Of a DNA stretch of 64,000 nucleotides, positions 9,274 through 19,851 are shown piece after piece (position 1 is the first letter of the stretch; each line of letters starts with the position of its first letter). A program made the translations under genes and the position numbers. Under the pieces are notes generated by a model. That model saw only the letters and a program-made list of their open reading frames with translations. It did not search any database and had not been told where the DNA came from. Source of the stretch: an uncultured Candidatus Saccharibacteria bacterium (GTDB lineage Bacteria; Patescibacteriota; Saccharimonadia; Saccharimonadales; AWTP1-31); assembly GCA_964536985.1 (NCBI GenBank), contig CAZIBG010000002.1, positions 18,738 to 82,737 on the forward strand. The letters run 5' to 3'.

Positions 9274-9387
9274 CGACGTTCATTATAGCCTGTCTGAGCT
9301 AACTTGTCATCTGTTATAACAGGGGTTATACTGAATTCAAACAAGTAACGCTAATCTGATTAGCCACGATATTAGCTTAGGATAGCC

Positions 9388-11175
9388 GTGAACCAACCCA
9401 AAAAAGTATCATCAGAAGCAATGGACGAAACGCTTCGTCGATACAACCGCGAGATATTGCTGAACAAACGATTCATGTTCCCAGCTTTTATATTGCCTGG
9501 CGTTGGTGTGGCGCTATCACAGTTTGTCCCAGTACTTTTGGTATCGCATTTGCTACAAATCTACCAGACAACCGGCACAATTGCCCCTCAAAAACTCATT
9601 ATTCAAATTGTACTAATTTATGTCGTTTGGTTCGCCGGTGAGATGGTTTATCGCCTGTCCGAGTACTGCAACGAACAAGGTGCCTACCGTGCCATGAAGC
9701 ACTTGTATAGCCAAGCGATGGAGGAGCTACTCCATAGAGACATGGCATTCTTTAACGACAACTTTGCGGGATCTATCACAAAACGTGCCCTTGATTACGG
9801 CGCAAGTTTTGAGGATTATGCAGATAAAATCGGCAAGAACTTTGCCACGTTTGTCATAACCTTCATTTTCAGTGTCATTGTATTATTCAGATTCTCGCCG
9901 TGGATACCATTAGTTTTATTTGTATTGTTTGCCATTACGCTTCGAGGAAGTTTCTTCTTTTTGCGTAGACGTTTACCGATAGTGTTGCAGCGAAATGCCG
10001 CATACAACGAATCAGCAGGCGTATTAGCGGATGTTGTTGCTAACGTAAACACCGTCAAGACATTCGGAAGCGAAGAACAAGAGCTGTCCCGCTATCGAGA
10101 TACAGTTAAGAAACAGATGGATCTACGTTTGAAGTCGTGGAGATACTGGAACGAACGCCACGATATGTTTGTATCTCCTATGTATGTATTAATCAATGTT
10201 CTTGGCTTATGCCTGGCCATTTATGTTGGTCAGAAATCTACCGTAAATTCTGCAGCTATTTTTGTGACATTTAACTATATAGCCCTTATAACTCGTACTC
10301 TTTGGGAACTTGGTCCAATTTACGTCGGTGTGGAGCGCTCTATAAGTAACGCCGCAGAACACGTCGAGCCACTACTGCATGAATCACGAGTCAACGACTA
10401 TCCGCACGCTGTCGATTTAAAAGTCAAAAACTCGGAGATAGAGTTCAGAAATGTCAGCTTTTATTATGAATCCAAAGCCGATCAAGCCTTATTTAAGAAT
10501 CTCAACCTTACCGTTAAGCCCGGCCAGAAGATTGGTCTAGTTGGACATAGTGGTGGGGGCAAGACAACTATCACTAAACTGCTTCTCCGCTTCATGGATA
10601 TTCAAGGCGGCCAGATACTTATAGACGGTCAAAATGTTGCAAGCGTGACTCAACAGAGTCTGCGTAGAAGCATAGCTTATGTACCACAAGAACCCCTGTT
10701 ATTTCACCGATCCTTGGCCGACAACATCAGTTACGGTAAAAGTGGTGCCTCAAAAAAGGACGTACAAATGGCTGCTAAAAAGTCACACGCCGCAGAATTT
10801 ATCGATCAATTACCCGATGGCTTCGAAACGCTTGTAGGTGAACGAGGAGTCAAGCTGTCTGGCGGCCAGCGGCAACGAATTGCTATTGCTCGGGCAATAC
10901 TAAAAGATGCCCCCATACTAGTACTCGATGAAGCAACCAGCGCCCTGGACAGCGAGAGCGAAATCCTAATCCAGAAAGCACTGTGGCAGCTCATGGAAGG
11001 CCGTACGGCAATTGTCATTGCTCACCGCTTAAGTACCATTCAGAAAATGGACAGAATTATCGTACTCGATCAAGGTCAGATTATCGAGGATGGATCACAT
11101 CAAGAACTCCTTAAAAACAAGGGTAAGTACGCCGAGCTTTGGGCACATCAATCGGGTGGTTTCATAGAAGAATAA
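9388..11175 (+). CDS. ABC exporter, fused TMD-NBD half-transporter (MsbA/type I exporter family)
   Basis: 595 aa with six N-terminal TM helices, Walker A GHSGGGKTT, signature LSGGQRQR and Walker B ILVLDEAT. The start is GTG. Confidence 0.85.
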   Translation: MNQPKKVSSEAMDETLRRYNREILLNKRFMFPAFILPGVGVALSQFVPVLLVSHLLQIYQTTGTIAPQKLIIQIVLIYVVWFAGEMVYRLSEYCNEQGAYRAMKHLYSQAMEELLHRDMAFFNDNFAGSITKRALDYGASFEDYADKIGKNFATFVITFIFSVIVLFRFSPWIPLVLFVLFAITLRGSFFFLRRRLPIVLQRNAAYNESAGVLADVVANVNTVKTFGSEEQELSRYRDTVKKQMDLRLKSWRYWNERHDMFVSPMYVLINVLGLCLAIYVGQKSTVNSAAIFVTFNYIALITRTLWELGPIYVGVERSISNAAEHVEPLLHESRVNDYPHAVDLKVKNSEIEFRNVSFYYESKADQALFKNLNLTVKPGQKIGLVGHSGGGKTTITKLLLRFMDIQGGQILIDGQNVASVTQQSLRRSIAYVPQEPLLFHRSLADNISYGKSGASKKDVQMAAKKSHAAEFIDQLPDGFETLVGERGVKLSGGQRQRIAIARAILKDAPILVLDEATSALDSESEILIQKALWQLMEGRTAIVIAHRLSTIQKMDRIIVLDQGQIIEDGSHQELLKNKGKYAELWAHQSGGFIEE

Positions 11176-11260
11176 TGATTTATTAAATCACCCCTTGTCA
11201 TCAGAGGTACGCTTATGGTAGAGTGTAAAAATCATTATTAACGAAAAGGGCGGCCCAACC

Positions 11261-11320
11261 ATGCACAGCATGAAACAACTATATTCTCCATCAGCGGTCG
11301 CTCACATCGTGACTCGCTAG
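11261..11320 (+). CDS. Candidate 19-aa small ORF (MHSMKQLYSPSAVAHIVTR) in the ABC1-ABC2 intergenic region
   Basis: ATG-to-TAG ORF seen directly in the sequence. It has only a weak RBS and no homology, so it is highly speculative. Confidence 0.15.
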   Translation: MHSMKQLYSPSAVAHIVTR

Positions 11321-11397
11321 TCGAAAACGATAGTAAAAAACTTCAAAACAAAACAATAATACCAAGTTAGAACCACTGCAGCAGGAGGCTGTCAGCT

Positions 11398-13185
11398 ATG
11401 AAAAAAGTTATCGACAATACCAACAGGGAGACATTCCGTCTTTACTGGAAATTCGCATGGAATCATAAATCGTACGTAATTGGCTCTATTATCATGAGTT
11501 CTTTATTCGTACTTTTGTACCGCTATCTGCCGCCCCTAATTGTATCTAAGATTTTGGATAGAATTAATACAGGCGACTTTGTTAAAGGCGACCTTGTGGG
11601 CTCGTTCGGAGCACTCCTATTAAGCTACGCCCTTGTAGTATTCGGCGGCGGCGTACTCGCAGGCCGCGTCTTAAACTATATTGTTTGGAAGCTCGAAATG
11701 AATGTCATGGCCGATATCCACCGACACATCTTTAATCACCTCCTAGAACAGAGCAACAATTTCCATGCTAACCGATTTGGTGGCTCGTTAGTTAGTCAGA
11801 CTAACAAATTTGCAGGTGGATATATAAGGATGTACGACACACTAATCTTTCAAACAATTTCGTTGGTGCTGTCGTTTGTATTTAGTGTAGTTATTCTATA
11901 CCCAAGAGCTCCTGGTGTAGCCCTATTCTTAGTTGTGTTTTCTATCCTGTTTATTGTTATCGCAATTAGCATCACAAAAAAAGTTCGTGAGATGTCTACT
12001 ATTTGGGCGCAAAAACAAACCCGTCAAACGGGCTATCTAGCCGATGCCGTATCCAATGTAATTGCCGTGAAGAGTTTTGCGAGACTAAAGTTTGAGAATA
12101 ATAGATTCATCAAAGCCACTAATGAGACCAGGAAGGCCATGGATGATACGAGAAAAGTAAGCATTAGCCGCGAGCTGGTTTTCTCATCTTCTAATGGGAT
12201 CCTTTTGACTTGCAGTCTTGCTATAGCCGTTGCTGGCGTAGTGTTATACGACTACAACGTTGCTACCGTCTTCTTAGTATTTAGCTATATCGGAATTATT
12301 GCCGAAAACTTGTGGGTTTTCAGTAACCACTCGTTGAAGAATATCAATAATGCACTTGGTGACGCATACGATATGACAAAAATATTAGCTATCACACCGA
12401 GCATACAAGATCCACTCCTGCCGCTTAAGCTTTCTGAAGATAAAGGAAATGTTGATTTCAAGAACATCACATTCACCCATGCCGATAACGACCGAGCCCT
12501 GTTTAATAACTTAAGCCTCAGCATAAAACCGGGTGAAAAGATTGGCCTAGTTGGGCATTCGGGCAGCGGCAAGACAACCATTACTAGCCTGATCCTTCGA
12601 TTCGCAGACTTGGACGCCGGGACAATCGAAGTTGACGGCCAAGATATTTCACAAATTAAACAATCCGACCTACGATCAAAAATAACCTACGTTCCACAAG
12701 AACCCTTAATGTTCCACCGCACCATTGCCGAAAACATAGCATACGGCAATCCAAAAGCCACACAAGAACAAATCACCGCAATCGCCAAGCTGGCTAATGC
12801 TCATGAGTTCATTCATACCCTTCCGCTCGGCTACGATACGTTGGTCGGAGAGAGAGGCGTTAAGCTTTCGGGTGGTCAGCGCCAACGTATCGCCATTGCT
12901 CGAGCAATGATTAAGAACGCACCGATCTTAGTTCTTGACGAGGCGACTAGTGCCCTAGATTCAGAAAGTGAAAAGCTAATCCAGCAAGCACTATGGAAAC
13001 TCATGGAAGGCCGCACGGCAATTGTTATTGCCCATCGTCTAAGTACTATCCAGAAGATGGACAGGATCATAGTACTCGATCGCGGCAAGATACTAGAACA
13101 AGGTACTCACGATCAACTCCTAAAGAACAAAGGCAAGTATGCCGAACTTTGGGCTCACCAATCCGGCGGATTTATAGAGGATTAA
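11398..13185 (+). CDS. ABC exporter half-transporter, paralog of the preceding gene
   Basis: 595 aa. The C-terminal ~110 aa are almost identical to ABC1 at protein level while the DNA is diverged. An AGGAGG RBS lies 9 nt upstream of the ATG. Confidence 0.85.
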   Translation: MKKVIDNTNRETFRLYWKFAWNHKSYVIGSIIMSSLFVLLYRYLPPLIVSKILDRINTGDFVKGDLVGSFGALLLSYALVVFGGGVLAGRVLNYIVWKLEMNVMADIHRHIFNHLLEQSNNFHANRFGGSLVSQTNKFAGGYIRMYDTLIFQTISLVLSFVFSVVILYPRAPGVALFLVVFSILFIVIAISITKKVREMSTIWAQKQTRQTGYLADAVSNVIAVKSFARLKFENNRFIKATNETRKAMDDTRKVSISRELVFSSSNGILLTCSLAIAVAGVVLYDYNVATVFLVFSYIGIIAENLWVFSNHSLKNINNALGDAYDMTKILAITPSIQDPLLPLKLSEDKGNVDFKNITFTHADNDRALFNNLSLSIKPGEKIGLVGHSGSGKTTITSLILRFADLDAGTIEVDGQDISQIKQSDLRSKITYVPQEPLMFHRTIAENIAYGNPKATQEQITAIAKLANAHEFIHTLPLGYDTLVGERGVKLSGGQRQRIAIARAMIKNAPILVLDEATSALDSESEKLIQQALWKLMEGRTAIVIAHRLSTIQKMDRIIVLDRGKILEQGTHDQLLKNKGKYAELWAHQSGGFIED

Positions 13186-13186
13186 T

Positions 13187-14950
13187 ATGAAAAAATTTGA
13201 TAACATGAATGCCTCCAAAAAAGCATTACTGTTCATCATGAAGAAGCATAAACGATTCTTCATAACTGAGACATTGCTAGTTGTCACAGCTACATTGCCG
13301 CTGTCATTAATGACGCTTATTCCGGCACGCATTGCGGGAGCGGTCTTTAGTGGTAACTCAAAGCAATTACTAATAGAGTCTGTGATCTTCTGTTTGCTGG
13401 GATGGATCCACGCCATTTTCTGGAACAAAGCAGATTTGTACTACGTAAAGAATACTTACCCATTGTTCTATGACTTGGGTCAGGAAACATTCGAATATGT
13501 ACTAGATAAAGAATATCCAGCGTTTGTTGCCAGTAGTCCGTCTAAAATGGCACAGTACACCAACGAGCTAAGGGACAACGTCGATCGAATATGGTCGAGC
13601 ATTCACTGGGGATATATAGGCTTTGCATTCCAGGTACCGGCAATCATGATCATTTCGCTCAAGGTAAGTTGGGTTCAATCAGTCATATACCTACTTAGTG
13701 TAATGCTAATGGTAATTGTGTTAGTTCGAAGATCGGCACGACTTAACACTCTTACAGATAAGATGTTCACCCAGGACAGTAATCTAAACTCGGTAGTGAT
13801 TGATTCGCTGACCAACTTTGTTAACGTTAAATCGTTCAATGCCGAGCGTAAAGAGATTGATCAGTACGCCGGTCTAATTGTCACATCTAAAAAGAAGTAT
13901 GACGTGGCCAATACTGCCTACATGATGTTCTGGTTTGCTGCGTCCATAGTGATTCGATTTATCACCTGGCCGCTCATCCTAGCCAGCACATACTTACTGT
14001 TTTCCCGTAAGCAGATTAGCGCTGAACAAGTAGTTCTATCTATATCGGTTCTGATAAGTCTGACTGAATTTGTATGGGGACTTGTAGATCGAATTGCAAA
14101 TGCCAAGAAGAACTTCTCAAAAATGCAGAATGGATACCATTATCTTGCAAAGAACGAACAGATATTTGGTGATGGCAAGTCTAAAAACAAAGATAAAAAA
14201 TCTGCTCCAAGCTTTGAATCTACATTAACGTTGCAAGACTTAAGTTTTGCCTACCCTGACCGACCAGAGGAATTTGTCTTGCAAGACCTAAATCTAACCA
14301 TCAATAAGAATGAGAAAATTGGAATAGTCGGCAAGAGTGGAAGTGGAAAATCTACCCTCGTAAAATTGCTGCTTGGTTTTTACGACTATAGCGAAGGGAG
14401 CATACAGTTAGATGGCCAATCGGCAACAAAGCATGACCTTTCAATGCTCAATTCTTACGTGCCCCAAGACACATCACTGTTCCAGCAAACAATCAGCTAT
14501 AACATAGCCTATGCAAAACAATCAAAAGCAACTGAATCCGAGATTGTTACTGCAGCAAAAAAAGCACATGCCCATGAGTTCATAATGAACCTTAAGGATG
14601 GATATGACACGTTGGTCGGTGAACGTGGTGTGAAGTTGAGTCTTGGACAACGACAGCGAATTGCGATTGCACGAGCCTTTCTAAAGAATTCCGAACTTCT
14701 AATTTTAGATGAAGCAACCAGTGCTCTTGATAGCAAGACGGAAGCCAATATACAAAGTGCCCTAGAGGAACTTTGGCAAGATAAGACTGTTATTGCTATC
14801 GCTCACCGATTGTCGACCCTCAATAATGTTGACCGTATTGTGGTAGTAGATAACGGTAAAATCGTGGAAGTTGGAACAAAAGATCAGCTACTTGCTATGA
14901 ACGGTGTATTCACTTCACTATGGAATCAGCAAAAGAACGGCCTGCTATAA
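13187..14950 (+). CDS. ABC exporter half-transporter (third, more divergent)
   Basis: 587 aa with Walker A GKSGSGKST, LSLGQRQR and ILDEAT. Its start abuts the ABC2 stop, suggesting an operon. Confidence 0.85.
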   Translation: MKKFDNMNASKKALLFIMKKHKRFFITETLLVVTATLPLSLMTLIPARIAGAVFSGNSKQLLIESVIFCLLGWIHAIFWNKADLYYVKNTYPLFYDLGQETFEYVLDKEYPAFVASSPSKMAQYTNELRDNVDRIWSSIHWGYIGFAFQVPAIMIISLKVSWVQSVIYLLSVMLMVIVLVRRSARLNTLTDKMFTQDSNLNSVVIDSLTNFVNVKSFNAERKEIDQYAGLIVTSKKKYDVANTAYMMFWFAASIVIRFITWPLILASTYLLFSRKQISAEQVVLSISVLISLTEFVWGLVDRIANAKKNFSKMQNGYHYLAKNEQIFGDGKSKNKDKKSAPSFESTLTLQDLSFAYPDRPEEFVLQDLNLTINKNEKIGIVGKSGSGKSTLVKLLLGFYDYSEGSIQLDGQSATKHDLSMLNSYVPQDTSLFQQTISYNIAYAKQSKATESEIVTAAKKAHAHEFIMNLKDGYDTLVGERGVKLSLGQRQRIAIARAFLKNSELLILDEATSALDSKTEANIQSALEELWQDKTVIAIAHRLSTLNNVDRIVVVDNGKIVEVGTKDQLLAMNGVFTSLWNQQKNGLL

Positions 14951-14960
14951 GCAGGCCGTT
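14936..14960. terminator. Bidirectional terminator hairpin between the convergent ABC3 and rplY genes
   Basis: Perfect 10-bp stem aacggcctgc / gcaggccgtt with a 5-nt loop. It overlaps the ABC3 stop codon. Confidence 0.65.
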
Positions 14961-14981
14961 CTGGGCGAAATACCTTAGGTA

Positions 14982-15644
14982 TTATTCTTTGGTTTCTTCG
15001 GCTGGTGCGTCGCCACCGTTTGTGGCAGGAACAGCACTGGCGTCGCCTTCGGCTGCTTCTTCGGCTTCAGCTTCTTCTGAAATCTGTGCCTTTGTTTCTT
15101 CGATAACTGCAATTGGATGATCAAGCTCAGTGAGCATTTCAATTCCCTTTGGAAGTACGATGTCGGCAACTGTTAGCTTATCGCCAATTTCAGTTAGTCC
15201 ACTCGCATCTACAGTCAATTCATCGATAAGATCACGCGGAAGTGCTTCGATGTCGACAACATCAAGCTGGCGAATGACCATGAGGCCAGCTTTTTCTGCT
15301 GGAATCTCACCAGTTAGATGGACTGGGACTTCTGTCTGTTGTTTTTCGTCGGCTGCGATTGCATTAAAGACGACGTGTAGAACTGTATGCTTGCGCGGCT
15401 CGAACTCAACATCTTTGATAAGTGCCATGTATTTCTTGGATCCGACAGTTAGGTTAACTGGATGGTGTTTTCCGGCAGACTGGTAAACCTTAACAATATC
15501 GCCAGATTTTGCCATTACATGAACGGAGTCTTTGCCGTGGTCATGGATAACGGCGGGGATCTGTCCACCTGCACGCATTTGATTAAGACCTTTTCCAAGG
15601 ACTTCTCGTTTTTCTAATGCTAAACTAATTTCTTCGCTGCTCAT
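14982..15644 (-). CDS. rplY: 50S ribosomal protein L25 / general stress protein Ctc
   Basis: 220 aa. The N-terminal L25 fold sequence plus an acidic Glu/Ala-rich tail is typical of the Ctc form. Confidence 0.75.
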   Translation of the reverse strand: MSSEEISLALEKREVLGKGLNQMRAGGQIPAVIHDHGKDSVHVMAKSGDIVKVYQSAGKHHPVNLTVGSKKYMALIKDVEFEPRKHTVLHVVFNAIAADEKQQTEVPVHLTGEIPAEKAGLMVIRQLDVVDIEALPRDLIDELTVDASGLTEIGDKLTVADIVLPKGIEMLTELDHPIAVIEETKAQISEEAEAEEAAEGDASAVPATNGGDAPAEETKE

Positions 15645-15718
15645 TCTGTATCCCTTCGTTGATCAATAGCATTCAATATTCGATACATCTAGTATATCAA
15701 AGAAGTTAAGCAGGGCCG

Positions 15719-16411
15719 TTGTCGAATCTACCAACAGAAGTAAGGTACAATGTAGTAATGTTTAATATCGAAAGTATCATATCAGCGGGCGGAATATTTT
15801 TAATCGCGGCAATCATCTTTGCAGAATCAGGGCTTTTGGTTGGATTTTTCCTTCCTGGAGACACCCTACTGTTTGGAGCTGGTCTGGCAGCATCACAAGG
15901 TAAATTCTCTTTGATCTGGCTCATTGTGGCCGTAGTTATCGCCGCAATTGTAGGTGATAATGTTGGTTATAGTATCGGGCGACGAGCTGGACCACGGATC
16001 TTTAAGAAGAAAGATGGAATTTTATTCCGCCAAGAGTACCTGCAAAAGTCCGAAGAGTTTTATGAAAAGCATGGCGGGAAGACAATTATTCTAGCCCGGT
16101 TCACTCCTATTGTTAGAACTTTCGCACCGGTTGTCGCTGGTGCCGGGAAAATGTCCCGCGAAAAGTTCATGTTCTATAACGTCATCGGCGGAGTAGTTTG
16201 GGGTGCCGGGATGTCAATCCTTGGATATGTTATCGGCGCTCGAATACCACACCTAGATAAGTACATCGAGGTTGTCATTTTTGGCGTTATGGCGCTCAGC
16301 ATCCTGCTAGCTTTTGCACACCTCATGAAGGATCCTAAGACTCGAACCATGGTAATCGAAGGCTGTAAATCTTGGCTTCGCAAAATCTTCCTCAATAAAA
16401 AGGTCGACTAG
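15719..16411 (+). CDS. DedA/SNARE-associated family membrane protein
   Basis: DedA motifs (GFFLPGDTLL ... ARFTPIVRTFAPVVAG). The true start is probably Met14, at about 15758. Confidence 0.75.
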   Translation: MSNLPTEVRYNVVMFNIESIISAGGIFLIAAIIFAESGLLVGFFLPGDTLLFGAGLAASQGKFSLIWLIVAVVIAAIVGDNVGYSIGRRAGPRIFKKKDGILFRQEYLQKSEEFYEKHGGKTIILARFTPIVRTFAPVVAGAGKMSREKFMFYNVIGGVVWGAGMSILGYVIGARIPHLDKYIEVVIFGVMALSILLAFAHLMKDPKTRTMVIEGCKSWLRKIFLNKKVD

Positions 16412-16896
16412 GCACTGACTGTATGGGCTGCAGCTAATAGTTGCTGTTTTAGTACAAATTCCACCAGCGGTTCACAGCGACGCATCTGTCCAATGATGTG
16501 CATATTCTCTAGAACTGACTCCTCGGGTACGAACTGACGCAAATCAACCTGGTCAGGCTCAATCTCCAATGCTTCAGGAAGTTCGGTAACTTGGGCAGCT
16601 TCCGTCAGGAAATTAAATATTGTACTGCCACGTACCACCGTTTCGGCATGGGCAAGATACTTGCCTACGGGTCGATACAATCTTGTTAGACGCTGGGCCT
16701 GTTTAGCGGCCGTTGTGCGTGGGTCAAGCATATCAGCCTCTAATGTCGGGAAATCGCGTCCAACAGGTAGATCAATCTGTCTAGAAAGATCATCATCTGC
16801 AAATTGGAAAGTCGCCTTGTGTAGTTCTGGAAATCGCAAGGCGTGCAAAGACAATAGAAATATATGCCCAGCTTCTTGCTCTTTAGTTCCGATCAT
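16408..16896 (-). CDS. Hypothetical protein
   Basis: 162-aa ORF with no recognisable motif. Confidence 0.35.
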   Translation of the reverse strand: MIGTKEQEAGHIFLLSLHALRFPELHKATFQFADDDLSRQIDLPVGRDFPTLEADMLDPRTTAAKQAQRLTRLYRPVGKYLAHAETVVRGSTIFNFLTEAAQVTELPEALEIEPDQVDLRQFVPEESVLENMHIIGQMRRCEPLVEFVLKQQLLAAAHTVSA

Positions 16897-16903
16897 CGAA
16901 ATA

Positions 16904-19747
16904 CTATAACATTTTTTTGAGGAATTGACCAGTGTAGCTAGCAGAAACTTTGGCTACTTCTTTTGGTGTTCCCTCTGCAACAACCTGACCACCGCCAGAT
17001 CCGCCTTCTGGCCCCATATCAATGATGTGGTCAGCGGACTTAATGACATCTAGGTTATGCTCGATTACAACCATGCTGTTTCCGGTGTCTACTAGTGCGT
17101 GCAATACCGTCAGTAACTTGTCGACATCAGCAATATGAAGACCAGTGGTTGGCTCATCCAAAATATACAAAGTTCGTCCTGTGGGACGACGGGAAAGTTC
17201 GGTTGCTAGCTTGATACGCTGTGCTTCGCCACCACTGAGCGTGGTTGCTGGCTGACCAAGCCCAATATACCCAAGTCCTACGTCAACCATTGTCTGAAGC
17301 TTACGAGCGATTGATGGGATGTTATTAAAGAATTCCAGAGCCTGCTCGCAGGTCATTGCTAGTACATCGCTAATGGTCTTGCCCTTGTAGTGAATTTCTA
17401 GTGCTTCGCGGTTATATCGCTTTCCATGGCAAACTTCACATGGCACATAAACATCAGGTAAAAAGTGCATCTCAATTTTGATAATTCCGTCGCCAGCACA
17501 GTTTTCGCAGCGTCCGCCCTTAACATTAAAGCTGAATCGCCCAGCGCTATAACCGCGAAGCTTAGCTTCTGGAACCCCCGCAAACAATTCGCGAATCGGC
17601 GTAAACAAACCTGTGTAGGTGGCCGGGTTACTACGTGGCGTTCGGCCAATTGCCGACTGATCAATAATAATTACTTTGTCCAACTGATCGATACCGGTAA
17701 TCTCGTCATGTCGACCTGGTACGCTACTAGATCGCATCAAGCGAGCGGAAAGTTCTTTGGCTAGGATGTCGTTAATTAAGCTGGACTTGCCCGAACCAGA
17801 AACGCCACTAACGACAACAAGTTTACCGAGTGGGATCTGAACAGTTACATTCTGAAGGTTGTTTTCGCGGGCGTTCTTTATTACTAGCTCTTTGCCGTTT
17901 CCCTTTCGATAGGATTTTGGTGGAGTGATCTGCTTTTCGCCCCGCAGATACTGACCAGTGATACTTTCCTTAGTTTTAGCAACTTCGTCGGGTGTTCCTT
18001 TGGCGACAACGTGACCTCCATGGACACCTGCACCTGGCCCAATATCGAGCAGGTAATCTGCTGTGCGAATAGTCTCTTCGTCATGCTCGACAACGATAAC
18101 GCTGTTTCCGATGTCTCGAAGATGCTTAAGCGTCAAGATTAAACGGTCGTTGTCACGCTGGTGCAAACCAATCGAAGGCTCGTCAAGCACGTACAGCACG
18201 CCTTGAAGTCCAGAACCAATCTGTGTGGCTAAACGGATACGCTGCGCCTCACCACCACTAAGCGTGGCCGCAGAGCGTAGTAAGTTAAGGTAGTTAAGCC
18301 CGACGTCCTGCAAGAACTGTAGACGTGCAGTAATTTCCTTAAAGATCATGGCCGCGATGTGTGATTCTTTTTCGTTAAGCTTAATAGTCTTGAAGTAGGC
18401 GATAGCGTCGTCGATAGATAGTTCACAGATGTCCATGATGGATTTAGTGCCAACGGTTACAGCCAGAACTTCTGGTTTCAGTCGCTTTCCCTTACATGCG
18501 TGACAAGGTCGCTCTTGCATAAATCTTTCGATATCTCGGCGGATAAAATCGCTTTCCGTTTCCTTGTGACGTCGCTCTAAGTTGTTTACAACTCCTTCGT
18601 AGGTTGTTTCAAAATTTCGCCCCAGCCCTAGGCTGACTGAGTATTTTTCGTCGCCCGTTCCATACATCAATAGGTTAAGTTGTTTTTCGGTTAATTCACC
18701 GGTTGGTACATGCAGGCTAAATCCGTAGCGATCGGCAACGGCCTGGAGTTTTTTGGTATACCAGGCGTCGGTATTGATTCGGTTGAATGGACGAATAGCA
18801 CCTTCCGCAATAGTAAGTCGGCCGTTAGGTATAACAAGTTCTGGGTCGACTTCTAGCCGTGAACCTAAACCAGTACAAACCGGGCAAGCACCATGCGGAC
18901 TGTTAAAGCTAAAAGTTCGTGGCTCGAGCTCAGGAATAGTCACTTCTGGGTGGTCGATGCAAGCATACATCAGGCTGTAGCTTGATTCTTCGTTGGTGTC
19001 AGCATTGACAACGCGCAGCTGGCCAGCAGCAATTTCAAGCCCCTGCTCCACCGACTGCGCCAAACGGCCATGACTGTCTTCGTTGTTTACGAGTCGATCC
19101 ACAACCACTTCGATGGTGTGTTTAAACTTCTTATCGAGTTCGGGGAATTCATCCAGTGCATACACTACCCCGTCTACACGAGCGCGCGCAAAGCCAGCAC
19201 GTTGGTACTGTTCGGGAATATGTTCGAAGGCACCTTTTTTATCTATAACTACAGGCGCAAGGATTAGCAAACGAGCATCGTGCGAATGACTAGCCACCTT
19301 ATCAACAATCGCCTGTGTAGTTTGACGCTCTACCGGCTTACCGCAAACTGGACAGTGAGGTATACCAATGCGTGCGAAAAGCAGACGCAGATAGTCATAG
19401 ATTTCGGTTACTGTCGCTACGGTACTTCGTGGATTACGACTGGTAGACTTCTGGTCGATACTGATCGCTGGGCTTAGACCATCGATCTGATCGACGTCTG
19501 GTTTTTCCATTAGTCCTAGGAACTGACGAGCATAACTACTGAGCGATTCTACATAGCGTCGTTGACCTTCGGCGTAAATGGTATCGAACGCCAGGCTAGA
19601 TTTACCCGAACCACTAAGGCCGGTAATAACCACTAACTTACCCCGAGGGATCTGGACATCAATATTCTTGAGGTTATGCTCGCGTGCTCCACGGACATCA
19701 ATAACATCAGTATTTTGAAAAGAAGAATTAGATGGAACATCGCTCAT
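16904..19747 (-). CDS. uvrA: Excinuclease ABC subunit A
   Basis: 947 aa with two ABC ATPase modules ([20 protein letters not shown]), LSGGEAQR signatures and zinc-finger cysteines. Confidence 0.9.
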   Translation of the reverse strand: MSDVPSNSSFQNTDVIDVRGAREHNLKNIDVQIPRGKLVVITGLSGSGKSSLAFDTIYAEGQRRYVESLSSYARQFLGLMEKPDVDQIDGLSPAISIDQKSTSRNPRSTVATVTEIYDYLRLLFARIGIPHCPVCGKPVERQTTQAIVDKVASHSHDARLLILAPVVIDKKGAFEHIPEQYQRAGFARARVDGVVYALDEFPELDKKFKHTIEVVVDRLVNNEDSHGRLAQSVEQGLEIAAGQLRVVNADTNEESSYSLMYACIDHPEVTIPELEPRTFSFNSPHGACPVCTGLGSRLEVDPELVIPNGRLTIAEGAIRPFNRINTDAWYTKKLQAVADRYGFSLHVPTGELTEKQLNLLMYGTGDEKYSVSLGLGRNFETTYEGVVNNLERRHKETESDFIRRDIERFMQERPCHACKGKRLKPEVLAVTVGTKSIMDICELSIDDAIAYFKTIKLNEKESHIAAMIFKEITARLQFLQDVGLNYLNLLRSAATLSGGEAQRIRLATQIGSGLQGVLYVLDEPSIGLHQRDNDRLILTLKHLRDIGNSVIVVEHDEETIRTADYLLDIGPGAGVHGGHVVAKGTPDEVAKTKESITGQYLRGEKQITPPKSYRKGNGKELVIKNARENNLQNVTVQIPLGKLVVVSGVSGSGKSSLINDILAKELSARLMRSSSVPGRHDEITGIDQLDKVIIIDQSAIGRTPRSNPATYTGLFTPIRELFAGVPEAKLRGYSAGRFSFNVKGGRCENCAGDGIIKIEMHFLPDVYVPCEVCHGKRYNREALEIHYKGKTISDVLAMTCEQALEFFNNIPSIARKLQTMVDVGLGYIGLGQPATTLSGGEAQRIKLATELSRRPTGRTLYILDEPTTGLHIADVDKLLTVLHALVDTGNSMVVIEHNLDVIKSADHIIDMGPEGGSGGGQVVAEGTPKEVAKVSASYTGQFLKKML

Positions 19748-19851
19748 ATACTACCTCTTTGGCCTGTCTTTACTGCTCATTTAGTCAATTAATTATACAT
19801 GTTATCAAAGATGTTGTCACTGATCAGAAACGTACCGTATACTGAGTTCAT

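Noticed and set aside
9317-9335. Perfect palindrome ctgttataacag, initially considered a repressor operator shared by the trhO/ABC1, alaS and mnmA promoters
   Set aside because: The recurring part is TGtTATAA(t/c), an extended -10 promoter element. The palindromy is incidental to TATA symmetry, so it is reported as promoter architecture instead.
15130-15486. 118-aa plus-strand ORF inside rplY
   Set aside because: It is antisense to a well-supported ribosomal protein gene and has Ser-rich composition.
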